Below are positions 49,182 to 58,266 of a stretch of 64,000 bases of DNA, piece by piece. The DNA is from Pseudomonadota bacterium. GTDB taxonomy: Bacteria > Pseudomonadota > Alphaproteobacteria > Acetobacterales > Acetobacteraceae. Below the pieces are notes generated by a model, which did no database searches, had not been told where the DNA came from, and worked only from the letters and a program-made list of their open reading frames with translations. The stretch is taken from assembly GCA_021845985.1 (NCBI GenBank), contig JAJZES010000002.1, positions 5,179-69,178 of the forward strand, given 5' to 3'. The position numbers and the translations under genes were made by a program. The first letter of the stretch is position 1; every line of letters starts with the position of its first letter.

Positions 49182-51038
49182 TCACCACACCACCGGATGC
49201 GTGGCGCCGGTCTGCACGTTGACGAAGCCCTCCGGCGCCTGCGCGCAGGGGGCGACCAGCACCCATTGCCACGGCGCACAGGTCAGCGTGGCGAAGATCA
49301 GCCGCTCGGGAAAGCCGGGGAACCAGCGCGCATGGAAGGTCGGCTCATACAGCCAAACCATCTGCGCCGCCTCGGCATAGAGCACCTGCATCTCGGCATC
49401 CAGCGCCTCGGCCGGGCGGCAGGTCATCAGCCCGCCGACCTCGTAGCGCACCGTCGCCACCACCGCGCCGCCGCGCACCAGCGCCCAGCCGCCCTGCTGC
49501 GCCACCAGCGCATTGACCGCCTGCGCCATCGCCGCGTCGGACGAGCCGACCACCCAGATATTGTGCTTGTCATGCGCCACCGAGCAGGCCAGCGCGCTGT
49601 CCGCATCGGCAGGGCCGCAGCCGAGCCAGAACATGCGCGCGGTGCGCGCCGCGCCCGAGAAGCGATCGACGATGGCGAACTTGGTGATGTTGCGCGCCGC
49701 GTCGCGCTGCACCGCGCCATCGACGACCGACAATTCGGCGGTGATGAACCCGTCCGCCCAGTGGAACGGGCGCAGCAGCGCCGCCTGCATGGTCGCCCGC
49801 CCCGGCGCCGCGGCGATGCGGAAATCCTCCGCCGTAAGGCGGCGGCGAATATCGACGGTGCGCGTCGCCCAGTCCGGCCAGTCGATGCGCGGCACCACAT
49901 GCAGACAGGTCTTGCCCTGCGACACCTGCGCCCCGTCGGCCCACACCTCGGCGATGTCGAGCGTGGCGACATCGCTCAGCAGCACGACATCGGCGAACCG
50001 GCCGGGCGCGATGCTGCCGACCCAGGGCGTCAGCCGCATGTGCCGCGCCGGATTGAGGGTGACGCACTGCACCGCGATTTCGGGCGCGAGGCCGAGGCGG
50101 ATCGCCAGCCGCGCATTATGGTCGGTGGCGCCGTCGCGCAGCGTGTCGGAGGCGGAGCGGTCATCGGTGGTGAACGCCACCTGCGACCAGTCGGCGAGGC
50201 CACGGCGGAGCAGGAACGGGATCACCTCCTCCATCGAATGCGCCCGCACTTCGAGGAAGATGCCGTGGGCGAGCTTCTCCCACGCCTCCTCGGCGCTCAG
50301 CACCTCATGGTCGGAGGCCAGCCCGGCGGCGGCGAAGGCGTTGATGCTGGCGGGGTCGCGCAGCCCGGCGCCGTGCCCCTCGACCACGCCACGCCCGGCG
50401 AAGGTGGCGCCGATCATGCCCCACAGCCGCGCATAGGACGGATTGTCCGGGTTCCACACCGCCGGCCAGTCCATCACCTCGTCCAGCCCGGCGACCATCA
50501 GGCTTGCGGCGAGGAACCCGGCCTGCTCGTCATGGCCGAACCAGCCGCCGCCCCATTCATAGGCGGTCGGCGGCACTGCCGAGCCGGGCAGCGGGAAGAT
50601 TTTCAGCGGCGAGCCGCGCCGCCGTGCCTCCAGCCAGAATTGCAGGTTGCGCGGGCCGTTGACGTTGCTGAACTCGTGGCTCGCCTCGCAGGTCCAGGTG
50701 TTGCCGCGCGGCAACACCAGCGCGGCTTCCCATTCCGGGGTGAGATGCGAGCTTTCGATGTGTTTGTGGACCTCGCCGAAGCCGGGCACCGCCGCCAGAC
50801 CCGGCCGCGCCACCCGCCGCGCCACCTCGCCGGAGTAGGCACCGGCGGCGCCGACGAAGGCGATGCGCCGGCCGTGCATGATGATCTCCTGGTCGTCGCG
50901 CCAGGTGCGCGTATGCACGTCGAACAGCCGATCGACGCGCAGCGCCAGGTCGGCCGGGCGGCGGCCGAGCGCCACCAGGGTCAGCTCCTGGCGGATGCGC
51001 ACTTCCGCCGCCGCGTCGATCAATCCGTCATCGTTCAT
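49182..51038 (-). CDS. ade: adenine deaminase
   Basis: 618 aa amidohydrolase: GFGEVHKHIESS (HxH), a DH... metal ligand region, and an adenine-deaminase C-terminal domain-like tail. Confidence 0.8.
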   Translation of the reverse strand: MNDDGLIDAAAEVRIRQELTLVALGRRPADLALRVDRLFDVHTRTWRDDQEIIMHGRRIAFVGAAGAYSGEVARRVARPGLAAVPGFGEVHKHIESSHLTPEWEAALVLPRGNTWTCEASHEFSNVNGPRNLQFWLEARRRGSPLKIFPLPGSAVPPTAYEWGGGWFGHDEQAGFLAASLMVAGLDEVMDWPAVWNPDNPSYARLWGMIGATFAGRGVVEGHGAGLRDPASINAFAAAGLASDHEVLSAEEAWEKLAHGIFLEVRAHSMEEVIPFLLRRGLADWSQVAFTTDDRSASDTLRDGATDHNARLAIRLGLAPEIAVQCVTLNPARHMRLTPWVGSIAPGRFADVVLLSDVATLDIAEVWADGAQVSQGKTCLHVVPRIDWPDWATRTVDIRRRLTAEDFRIAAAPGRATMQAALLRPFHWADGFITAELSVVDGAVQRDAARNITKFAIVDRFSGAARTARMFWLGCGPADADSALACSVAHDKHNIWVVGSSDAAMAQAVNALVAQQGGWALVRGGAVVATVRYEVGGLMTCRPAEALDAEMQVLYAEAAQMVWLYEPTFHARWFPGFPERLIFATLTCAPWQWVLVAPCAQAPEGFVNVQTGATHPVVW

Positions 51039-51117
51039 ACGGGCAGCCTGCCGCGCCGCGTTGCCAGCTTCAAGCGCCTATCGCATCGTCAGGCGAACGC
51101 GCTGCAGGAGCCGGACC

Positions 51118-52503
51118 GTGACCCCACTCGATGATGCCCCCGAACCGTGCCGGATGGGCGCGGTCGAACTGACGCGGCGCTACGCCGACGGCTCGCTGTC
51201 GCCGGTCGAGGTGACCGAGGCGACGCTCGAACGAGTGGTCGAGGTGCAGGGGCGGTTCAACGCCTTCACCCATCTCGATCTGACCGGCGCGCGCCTCGCC
51301 GCCCGCGCCGCGGAGGCGCGCTGGCGCGCCGGCACGCCGCTCAGCCCGATCGACGGGGTGCCGACGACGATCAAGGACATTGTTTTGGTCAGCGGCTGGA
51401 CGGTGCGCTACGGCACCCGCGCGGTCCCCGGCATCACCGCCGAGACGGACGCGCCCGCCGTCGGCCTGCTGCGCGAGGCCGGGGCCGTGCTGCTCGGCCT
51501 GACCACGACGCCCGAATTCGGCTGGAAGGCGGTGACCGACAGCCGGCTGTCTGGCATCACCCGCAATCCGTGGAACCCGGCGCGCACCTCCGGTGGTTCC
51601 TCCGGCGGCGCCGCGGTGGCGGCGGCGACCGGCGCCGGGGTGCTGCATCTCGGCACCGATGGCGGCGGCTCGATCCGTATTCCCGCCGCGTTCTGCGGCG
51701 TGGTCGGGCACAAACCGACCTTCGGCCGGGTGCCGGCATGGCCGGCAAGCCCGTTCGGCACCGTCGCCCATCTCGGCCCGATCGCCCGCTCGGTCGCCGA
51801 CGCGGCGCTGATGCTGGAGGTGATGAGCGGGCGCGATACGCGCGACTGGTACCAGTCGCCCTGGCCGCTGCCGGCGGTGACCCCGCTGCCCTCGCGTCCG
51901 CTCGCCGGGCTGCGGGTGGCGCTGTGGGAGACGCCGCCGCGCGGAACGGTGGCACCCGACGTGGCGGCGGCCTTCGCCCAGTGCATCGGCCGCATCGCCG
52001 ATGCCGGCGCCGAAATCACCCGCGTGACGCTGCCGGAGGAAGATCTGTGGGAGCTGTTCCGGCTGCACTGGCACAGCGGCGCGGCGGCGCGCCTCGCCAT
52101 GGTGCCGGAGGAGCGGCGCGAGACGGTCGAGGCCGGACTGCGCGAAATCGCCGCCGAGGGGGCGCGGCTGTCGGCGCTCGATCTGATCGCCGCGCAGTCC
52201 CGCCGCGCGACGTTTGCCGCCGCGCTCGATCGCATGCTGGCCGATTTCGACGTGATGCTGTCACCCGCGGTGGCAACGACGGCGTTCGCCGCCGGGGCCG
52301 AGGTGCCGGCCGACAAGGGGCTGGCGCGCTGGACCGAATGGGCGGGCTTCAGCTACCCGGTCAATCTGGCGCAGATGCCGGCCACGGTGGTCCGCGGCGG
52401 GTTCGGCGCGGAGGGCCTGCCGGCCGGGCTGCAGGTGGTCGGCCGGCGCGGCGCCGATGCCGCGGTGCTGGCGGCGGCGGCGAGCCTGGACGCGCTCGAC
52501 TAG
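51118..52503 (+). CDS. amidase (amidase-signature family)
   Basis: GVPTTIKDI (Lys), TSGGSSGGAAVAAATG (Ser-cisSer). GTG start at 51118 or ATG at 51154. Confidence 0.85.
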   Translation: MTPLDDAPEPCRMGAVELTRRYADGSLSPVEVTEATLERVVEVQGRFNAFTHLDLTGARLAARAAEARWRAGTPLSPIDGVPTTIKDIVLVSGWTVRYGTRAVPGITAETDAPAVGLLREAGAVLLGLTTTPEFGWKAVTDSRLSGITRNPWNPARTSGGSSGGAAVAAATGAGVLHLGTDGGGSIRIPAAFCGVVGHKPTFGRVPAWPASPFGTVAHLGPIARSVADAALMLEVMSGRDTRDWYQSPWPLPAVTPLPSRPLAGLRVALWETPPRGTVAPDVAAAFAQCIGRIADAGAEITRVTLPEEDLWELFRLHWHSGAAARLAMVPEERRETVEAGLREIAAEGARLSALDLIAAQSRRATFAAALDRMLADFDVMLSPAVATTAFAAGAEVPADKGLARWTEWAGFSYPVNLAQMPATVVRGGFGAEGLPAGLQVVGRRGADAAVLAAAASLDALD

Positions 52504-52510
52504 CCGCGGC

Positions 52511-53143
52511 TCAGCAATCGGGGCGCAGCGCGCGCAGGCAGAACTCCGCCATGCGCGCCGCCATCTGCGGCAGATCCTTGGTGTCCTGGCACTCCTGCAC
52601 CAGGATCGGGTGGGTGAACAGGACGCAGGCGCCGTGCATCATGCGCGCCGCCTCGTCGGCGTCGATGGCGGCGAACACGCCCGCCGCCTGCCCGTCGGCG
52701 ACGATATGGCGGAAGGCGGCGTCGATCTCGCCGATATGCGCCGCGACGATGCCCCAGTGCTCGGTCAGCGCCGCCGCCACCATGTCGTGCATCCGCCGCT
52801 GGTCAAAGAACAGCGCCAGCGTCTGCTCCTGCAACAGACGAAACAGCGCCCGCAGCCGGTCCGGCGCGCTGCCCGGCCCGCGCGCCACCGCCCAGGCCGC
52901 CGCCTCCAGCCCGTCGAGAATGCGCGCCGCGATCGCCTGGGTGATCGCCGCTTTGCTCGGGAAGAAGCGATAGACATTGGCCGGCGACATGCGCAGCGCG
53001 CGGGCGATGTCGGCCACCGCGGTTTTCTGGTAGCCGAGCGTGCGATAGAGCCGCTCGGCGGTGTCGATGATCGCGGCGCGCGTCGCCTGCGCGGCCGCGG
53101 TCGGGGCCTGAGCCTGAGCCTGAGCCTGGGCATGAACTGACAT
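52511..53143 (-). CDS. TetR family transcriptional regulator
   Basis: HTH IIDTAERLYRTLGYQKTAVADIARALRMSPANVYRFF. Alternative starts up to 53179 would place the palindrome inside the coding sequence. Confidence 0.8.
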   Translation of the reverse strand: MSVHAQAQAQAQAPTAAAQATRAAIIDTAERLYRTLGYQKTAVADIARALRMSPANVYRFFPSKAAITQAIAARILDGLEAAAWAVARGPGSAPDRLRALFRLLQEQTLALFFDQRRMHDMVAAALTEHWGIVAAHIGEIDAAFRHIVADGQAAGVFAAIDADEAARMMHGACVLFTHPILVQECQDTKDLPQMAARMAEFCLRALRPDC

Positions 53144-53152
53144 GCGACTCAT

Positions 53153-53175
53153 CATATGACGATTTTGTTCATATG
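53153..53175. promoter_or_regulatory. inverted repeat CATATGA-N9-TCATATG at the TetR 5' end / DUF1223 divergent region
   Basis: Read directly. AT-rich. Candidate TetR operator. Confidence 0.4.
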
Positions 53176-53256
53176 TCATCCGCGCCGCGCGATCGGCCGG
53201 CTGTAACGCGCCGCCGCCCGGCGGGACGCACCGGCAGCGGTTGGCGGGAGGGTCGG

Positions 53257-53937
53257 ATGCGCTGGATGCTGATGGCGGTGATTTTGGCGGCGGCGCTGCC
53301 GGCGCGGGCGGCGGAGCGGCGGCCGGTGGTGGCCGAGCTGTTCACCTCGGAGGGCTGCTCCTCCTGCCCGCCCGCCGATGCGCTGCTCGGCGAGCTCGCC
53401 CGCTCGCGGCCGGACGTGCTGGCACTGGCCTTTCATGTCACCTACTGGGACCGGCTGGGCTGGGCCGATCCGTACGGGCTGAGCGCGGCGACGGCGCGGC
53501 AGCACGACTATGCGGCGCGGCTCGGCCTGGACGGCGTCTATACGCCGCAACTGGTGATCGACGGCCGCCGCGAGATGGTCGGCAGCGACCGTGGCGCGGT
53601 GCTGGCGGCGCTCGACGCGGCGGCGGCCGGGCAGCGCGCGGTGCCGCTGGCGATCAGCCGCCGCGGCGACGCCGTGCGGGTCAGCGCCGGCGCCGGCGCC
53701 GGGCGCGGCACGCTGCTGCTGCTCGGCTACGACGCGCAGCACCGCACTCAGGTCGGGCGCGGCGAAAATGCCGGGCGCATGCTGACGGAAGCCAACATCG
53801 TGCGCGATCTGCGCCCGCTCGGCGACTGGTCGGGGGTGGCGCTGGTGCGCGAGTCGGCGGCGCCGCGCGGCGAGCATCTGGCGGCGCTGCTGCAGGCGCC
53901 GGACGGCAGCATCCTCGGCAGCGCCGTGCTGCAATGA
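53257..53937 (+). CDS. DUF1223 (thioredoxin-like) secreted protein
   Basis: Signal peptide, then ELFTSEGCSSCPPAD, FHVTYWDRLGW, YTPQLVIDG. Confidence 0.85.
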   Translation: MRWMLMAVILAAALPARAAERRPVVAELFTSEGCSSCPPADALLGELARSRPDVLALAFHVTYWDRLGWADPYGLSAATARQHDYAARLGLDGVYTPQLVIDGRREMVGSDRGAVLAALDAAAAGQRAVPLAISRRGDAVRVSAGAGAGRGTLLLLGYDAQHRTQVGRGENAGRMLTEANIVRDLRPLGDWSGVALVRESAAPRGEHLAALLQAPDGSILGSAVLQ

Positions 53938-54001
53938 TCCCCCCTGGCGAAGGCTGCCGCCGGCGCCGTAAGAGCGCGCCTGGGCCAAGCCGGAGTGCGC
54001 C

Positions 54002-54841
54002 GTGATCCTGCTGCATTTGAGCGACCTGCATGTGCGCCCGCGCGGCCTGCCGCTGTCGCGGGTGGTGGAGGCGTCGCACCTGACGGAACGGGCGCTGCGC
54101 GCCGTCGCGGCGTTCCGGCCGCGCCCGGATGCGGTGCTGATCACCGGCGATCTGACCGATTGCGGGCTGGCGGCGGAATACGCCAACCTGCTGGCGATGC
54201 TGCAGCGGCATCTGGCCGGCCTGCGGGTGCTGCTGCTGGCCGGCAACCATGACCGGCGGGAGAACCTGCGCGCGGCTCTCGGCGGCTTCGAGGGCGTCAC
54301 CCGCGACGACCACTTCGTCCAGTATGTCGTCGAGGACCTGCCGATGCGCCTGATCGTGCTCGACAGCGTGGTGCCGGGGGCCGGCCATGGCGCGCTCTGC
54401 CCGAGCCGCCTCGCCTGGCTCGACGCAAGGCTGGCCGAGGCGCCGGAGCGGCCGACGCTGCTCGCCGTGCATCACCCGCCGATGCGCTGCGGCCTGGCGA
54501 GCTACGACGCCATCAACCTGCACAACCACGCCGCGCTGGCCGAGCTGCTGGCGCGCCACCGGCAGGTCGAGCGCATCCTGTGCGGCCACCATCACCGCGC
54601 GATGACCGGGCGGCTCGGCACGGCGATCGTCTGGGCGGTGCCGTCGGTGGCGCATCAGGGCGCCTTCGAGCCGGACGACGACCGCGGCCGCTTCGTCCTC
54701 GAACCACCGGGCTACGGGGTGCATCTGCGGCTGCCCGACGGCACGCTGGCGAGCCATGTGGTGATGGTCGATGCCTACCCCGGCCCCTACCCCTATCTGG
54801 CCGATCCCGACTATCCGGGCGGGCACGACGCCAGCACCTGA
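54002..54841 (+). CDS. metallophosphoesterase / cyclic-nucleotide or glycerophosphodiester phosphodiesterase-like
   Basis: HLSDLH, TGDLTD, GNHD, VHHPP, GHHH motifs. GTG start. Confidence 0.8.
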   Translation: MILLHLSDLHVRPRGLPLSRVVEASHLTERALRAVAAFRPRPDAVLITGDLTDCGLAAEYANLLAMLQRHLAGLRVLLLAGNHDRRENLRAALGGFEGVTRDDHFVQYVVEDLPMRLIVLDSVVPGAGHGALCPSRLAWLDARLAEAPERPTLLAVHHPPMRCGLASYDAINLHNHAALAELLARHRQVERILCGHHHRAMTGRLGTAIVWAVPSVAHQGAFEPDDDRGRFVLEPPGYGVHLRLPDGTLASHVVMVDAYPGPYPYLADPDYPGGHDAST

Positions 54842-55104
54842 CGGGTCACGCAAGCGTGCGCCACCGCCGCCGCCTCGCGCGGCGCGCGATGCCGGCCGGC
54901 CGCTGTCGCGGCTGGCGCGGGGCGGCCCGACCCTTCCGCATGCGTTGCAAACAGTGGACCGGATGAGGCCAACCCTGCGCTGGCAATTGGTTGGACAAGG
55001 CAAGCATTTCACTGTCGCTTCAAGAAAAACGCTGTGTCTGTTGACCGGGATGCGCACGGTTGCGTCAATAACAGCCGCGTGCATCACCGAGTTGAGAGTC
55101 TCTC

Positions 55105-56253
55105 ATGAGCGACATGCCCACCAACTATGATCAGATCTTTTACGACAATTTCAGCGGAACATCGCTGAACCAAACCAATTGGCCGGTCACCTATGGCGGC
55201 AGCGGCAACAACGGGGCCTTCACCTATCAGCATGGCAACGTGCAGGTGAATAACGGCCTTACCATCAACACCACCAACAATGGCGGCGGTTGGACCTCCG
55301 GCGGTATCAGCCAGGGCTGGAGCGGCGGCACCTATGGGCTGTATCAGGTCGAGGCCAAGGTCGATCCGGGCCAGGGCACCGGGCCGGCGATCGTGCTGTG
55401 GCCGGACAACAACTCCTGGCCGCCGGAAATCGACCTGCTGGAGGCGCCGAACGGCCAGGGCGACGCCTTCATGTCGCTGCACTGGGCCGGCGCCAACGGC
55501 GCCAACCAGTATCAGACCATTGATACCGGGGTGAAGGTCAATGCCTACCACGACTATGCGGTGGACTGGGAGGCGAACAAGCTGACCTTCTATGTCGATG
55601 GCAAGCAGATCTGGAGCACCACCAGCCATATCCCCAGTCAGCCGATGGGCCTCGGCGTCTCCGGCTTCGTCGCCTCGGGCGGCGACAGTTGGTACCACGG
55701 CGGCCCCAACGGCAGCACGCCGTCGTCGGTCGGGCTGCATGTCGCCTGGGCCTCGATCAGCAAGCCGGGCAGCGGCGGCAGCGCTGCCAGCACCAGCAGC
55801 ACAGGCAGCACGGGCAGCACGGCGGCGATCACCCCGGCGACGACCGGCACCGGCACGGCGCGTTTCGCGAGCCTCGGCGATGCGTCGAGCTGGAGCGGCC
55901 AGACATTGTCCACCGCGCCCGGCACCGACATCCTCAACGGCGGCCACGGCATCGACACCTTCAGCGTCGATGCGACGAGCCACGACGGCTGGGCCGAGAT
56001 CAACGCCTTCCACAGCGGCGACGTGGCCGAGATTGTCGGCTTCCGGCCGGGCCAATCGACCATCACCTGGGCCACCGCGACAGACCCGAACGGGCAGAGC
56101 GGCGCCACCGCGGCGATCAGCCTGAACGGCGGCGGCACCGTCAATGCCAAGGTGACGTTCGCCGGCGTCAGCCTGGCGGAGGCGCAAAGCTTCGGCTCCG
56201 GCGGCTGGCACACCGCCGGCGGCACCGCGGAACTGTCGATCTGGAAGGTTTAG
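55105..56253 (+). CDS. glycoside hydrolase family 16 endo-beta-glycanase with Ser/Thr linker and C-terminal domain; no N-terminal signal peptide
   Basis: GH16 catalytic motif WPPEIDLLE, LHW..., YAVDWE..KLTFYVDG. The linker is GSGGSAASTSSTGSTGSTAA. One RTX-like nonapeptide, GGHGIDTFS. Confidence 0.8.
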   Translation: MSDMPTNYDQIFYDNFSGTSLNQTNWPVTYGGSGNNGAFTYQHGNVQVNNGLTINTTNNGGGWTSGGISQGWSGGTYGLYQVEAKVDPGQGTGPAIVLWPDNNSWPPEIDLLEAPNGQGDAFMSLHWAGANGANQYQTIDTGVKVNAYHDYAVDWEANKLTFYVDGKQIWSTTSHIPSQPMGLGVSGFVASGGDSWYHGGPNGSTPSSVGLHVAWASISKPGSGGSAASTSSTGSTGSTAAITPATTGTGTARFASLGDASSWSGQTLSTAPGTDILNGGHGIDTFSVDATSHDGWAEINAFHSGDVAEIVGFRPGQSTITWATATDPNGQSGATAAISLNGGGTVNAKVTFAGVSLAEAQSFGSGGWHTAGGTAELSIWKV

Positions 56254-56272
56254 GCCGACCGGGGGCGGCCCT

Positions 56273-56309
56273 GCCGCATCATCGCCGGCACTTCCGGCGA
56301 TGATGCGGC
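56273..56309 (+). terminator. perfect 16-bp stem hairpin GCCGCATCATCGCCGG-cactt-CCGGCGATGATGCGGC after the GH16 gene
   Basis: Read directly. Begins 20 nt after the stop. No U-tract. Confidence 0.6.
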
Positions 56310-56389
56310 GCCACCCCGCCGCCGGTTATAGTGGCATCGCTCACGCTTCCGTGGCATGAACACGCCAACGCGCGTGCAGGGAAACCGGG

Positions 56390-57493
56390 ATGTCACTCTC
56401 TTTTGCAATCATCGGCGGTGGCTGGTACGGCTGCCACATCGCCACGTCTTTTCGTGCGCTCGGCTTCAACGTCACGGTGTTCGAGCAGCATTCGCGGCTG
56501 CTGCATCTTGCTTCCGGCAACAATCAGTTCCGCCTGCATCTCGGCTTTCACTATCCGCGCCATTATGGCACGCGCATGCAGTCGCGCGACGGGTTCTCGC
56601 GCTTCGTCGAACGCTATCCCGGCCTCAGCCGGCCGGTGACCGACAATCTCTATGCGGTGCCGCGCGGCGACAGCCTGATCGACTTTCTCACCTACAAGCT
56701 GATCATGACCTCCTCGGGCATCGATTTCCGCGAACTGTCGGCGCCGCCCGACATGCTGGCCAATATCGAAGGCTGCCTGCAGACACCCGAGCGGGTGCTG
56801 CTGCTCGACAAGGCGCGGCGCTATTTCGCCGAGCGGCTGGGTCCGTTCCTGGTGCTCGATCATCGCGTCGAAAGCGTCGAGGAGCGCGGCAATGCCATCC
56901 ATGTCGATGGCCGCCGCTTCGATTTCGTCATCGATGCAAGCTGGGGACATTTCAGCCGCCCGCCGATCGAACTGTTCTACGAGCCGACCATGCTGCTGTA
57001 TTACGAGGCGGCGGTGCCGTTTCCCGCGGTCACCATGGTCGATGGCCCGCTGTGCTCGATCTACCCGACCGAGGATGCCGGCCTGTTCACCCTGTCCAGC
57101 GTGCCGCACACGCCGCTCGGCCGCTTCGCCTCGGCCGACGCGGCACGCGCCGTGATCGCCGCGGTGGACAAGGATCTGGTGACCACCAAGATCGCGCAGA
57201 TGGAGGAACAGGCGCGCCGCTACGTCCCCGGCTTCTCCGACGTGTTCCGCTTCGTCGGTCCGCAGATCTCGATGAAGACCAAGCCGGTCGGCAGCTTCGA
57301 CGACCGCAGTTGCTATGTGTTCAAGCAGGGCCGGGTGTTTTCGGTGATGTCGGGCAAAATCGACACGATCTTCTTCGCCGCCGAACGCATCCTGGCGCTG
57401 ATCGAGGCGATCCCCGAAGACCGGCCGCGGGCGGAGGGCGGCGGGCTGCGTCAGGAAGTGCTCGGCGCCGCCGAGCAACTGGCGCTGTCCTGA
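56390..57493 (+). CDS. FAD/NAD(P)-binding oxidoreductase (family not recognised)
   Basis: N-terminal dinucleotide fold FAIIGGGWYGCHIA..VTVFE. 367 aa. Confidence 0.65.
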   Translation: MSLSFAIIGGGWYGCHIATSFRALGFNVTVFEQHSRLLHLASGNNQFRLHLGFHYPRHYGTRMQSRDGFSRFVERYPGLSRPVTDNLYAVPRGDSLIDFLTYKLIMTSSGIDFRELSAPPDMLANIEGCLQTPERVLLLDKARRYFAERLGPFLVLDHRVESVEERGNAIHVDGRRFDFVIDASWGHFSRPPIELFYEPTMLLYYEAAVPFPAVTMVDGPLCSIYPTEDAGLFTLSSVPHTPLGRFASADAARAVIAAVDKDLVTTKIAQMEEQARRYVPGFSDVFRFVGPQISMKTKPVGSFDDRSCYVFKQGRVFSVMSGKIDTIFFAAERILALIEAIPEDRPRAEGGGLRQEVLGAAEQLALS

Positions 57494-57504
57494 GAGAGGC
57501 GGCG

Positions 57505-58266
57505 ATGCACGCGGCACTGATCGGACATACCGGCTTCGTCGGCGGCACGCTGGCGCGGGCGCGGCCGTTCGCGGCCAGTTTCAACTCGGCCAACATCGCC
57601 GACATCCGCGGCCGGCGCTTCGACCTCGTCGTCTGCGCCGGGGTCTCGGCGGTGAAATGGCTGGCCAACAAGGAATCGGCGCGCGACCGCGCGGCGATCG
57701 ACGGGCTGATCGGCCATCTTGAGCAGGTCACCGCCGGGCATTTCGTGCTGGTCTCGACCATCGACGTGTACCGCGAGACGGCCGGGCGCGACGAGCGCGA
57801 CGCGCCGCCCGAGGACGGGCTGCACCCGTACGGGCTGCACCGGCTGATGCTGGAGCGGTTCGTCGCCGAACGCTTCGCCGCCCACAGCATCGTCCGGCTG
57901 CCGGCGCTGTTCGGCAGCGGGCTGAAGAAAAACGCCGTGTTCGATCTGATGCACGCCAACCAGACCGAAAAGATCGTGCCCAACGCGGCGTTTCAGTGGT
58001 ACCCGCTGCGCCGCTTCGCCGATGATCTGGACCGGGTGCGGGCGGCCGGCATCCCGCTGATCAACATTACCGCCGCGCCGGTGACGATGGCGGCGATCCG
58101 CGACCGGTTTTTCCCCGGCGTGCCGATGGCGGCCGCGCTGGCGGCGCCGCCGCGCTACGACCTGCGCAGCGTGCACGACGCGCTGCTCGGCGGCACCGGC
58201 GGCTACCATGTGTCGGAGGCGGAGATGTTCGCCGCACTCGCGGCGTTCCTGGCCGAGCCGACGTGA
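57505..58266 (+). CDS. NAD(P)-binding epimerase/reductase-like protein (atypical extended SDR)
   Basis: ALIGHTGFVGG Rossmann. At the YxxxK position it reads PYGLHRLMLE (Arg instead of Lys). 11 nt after the upstream stop. Confidence 0.6.
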   Translation: MHAALIGHTGFVGGTLARARPFAASFNSANIADIRGRRFDLVVCAGVSAVKWLANKESARDRAAIDGLIGHLEQVTAGHFVLVSTIDVYRETAGRDERDAPPEDGLHPYGLHRLMLERFVAERFAAHSIVRLPALFGSGLKKNAVFDLMHANQTEKIVPNAAFQWYPLRRFADDLDRVRAAGIPLINITAAPVTMAAIRDRFFPGVPMAAALAAPPRYDLRSVHDALLGGTGGYHVSEAEMFAALAAFLAEPT

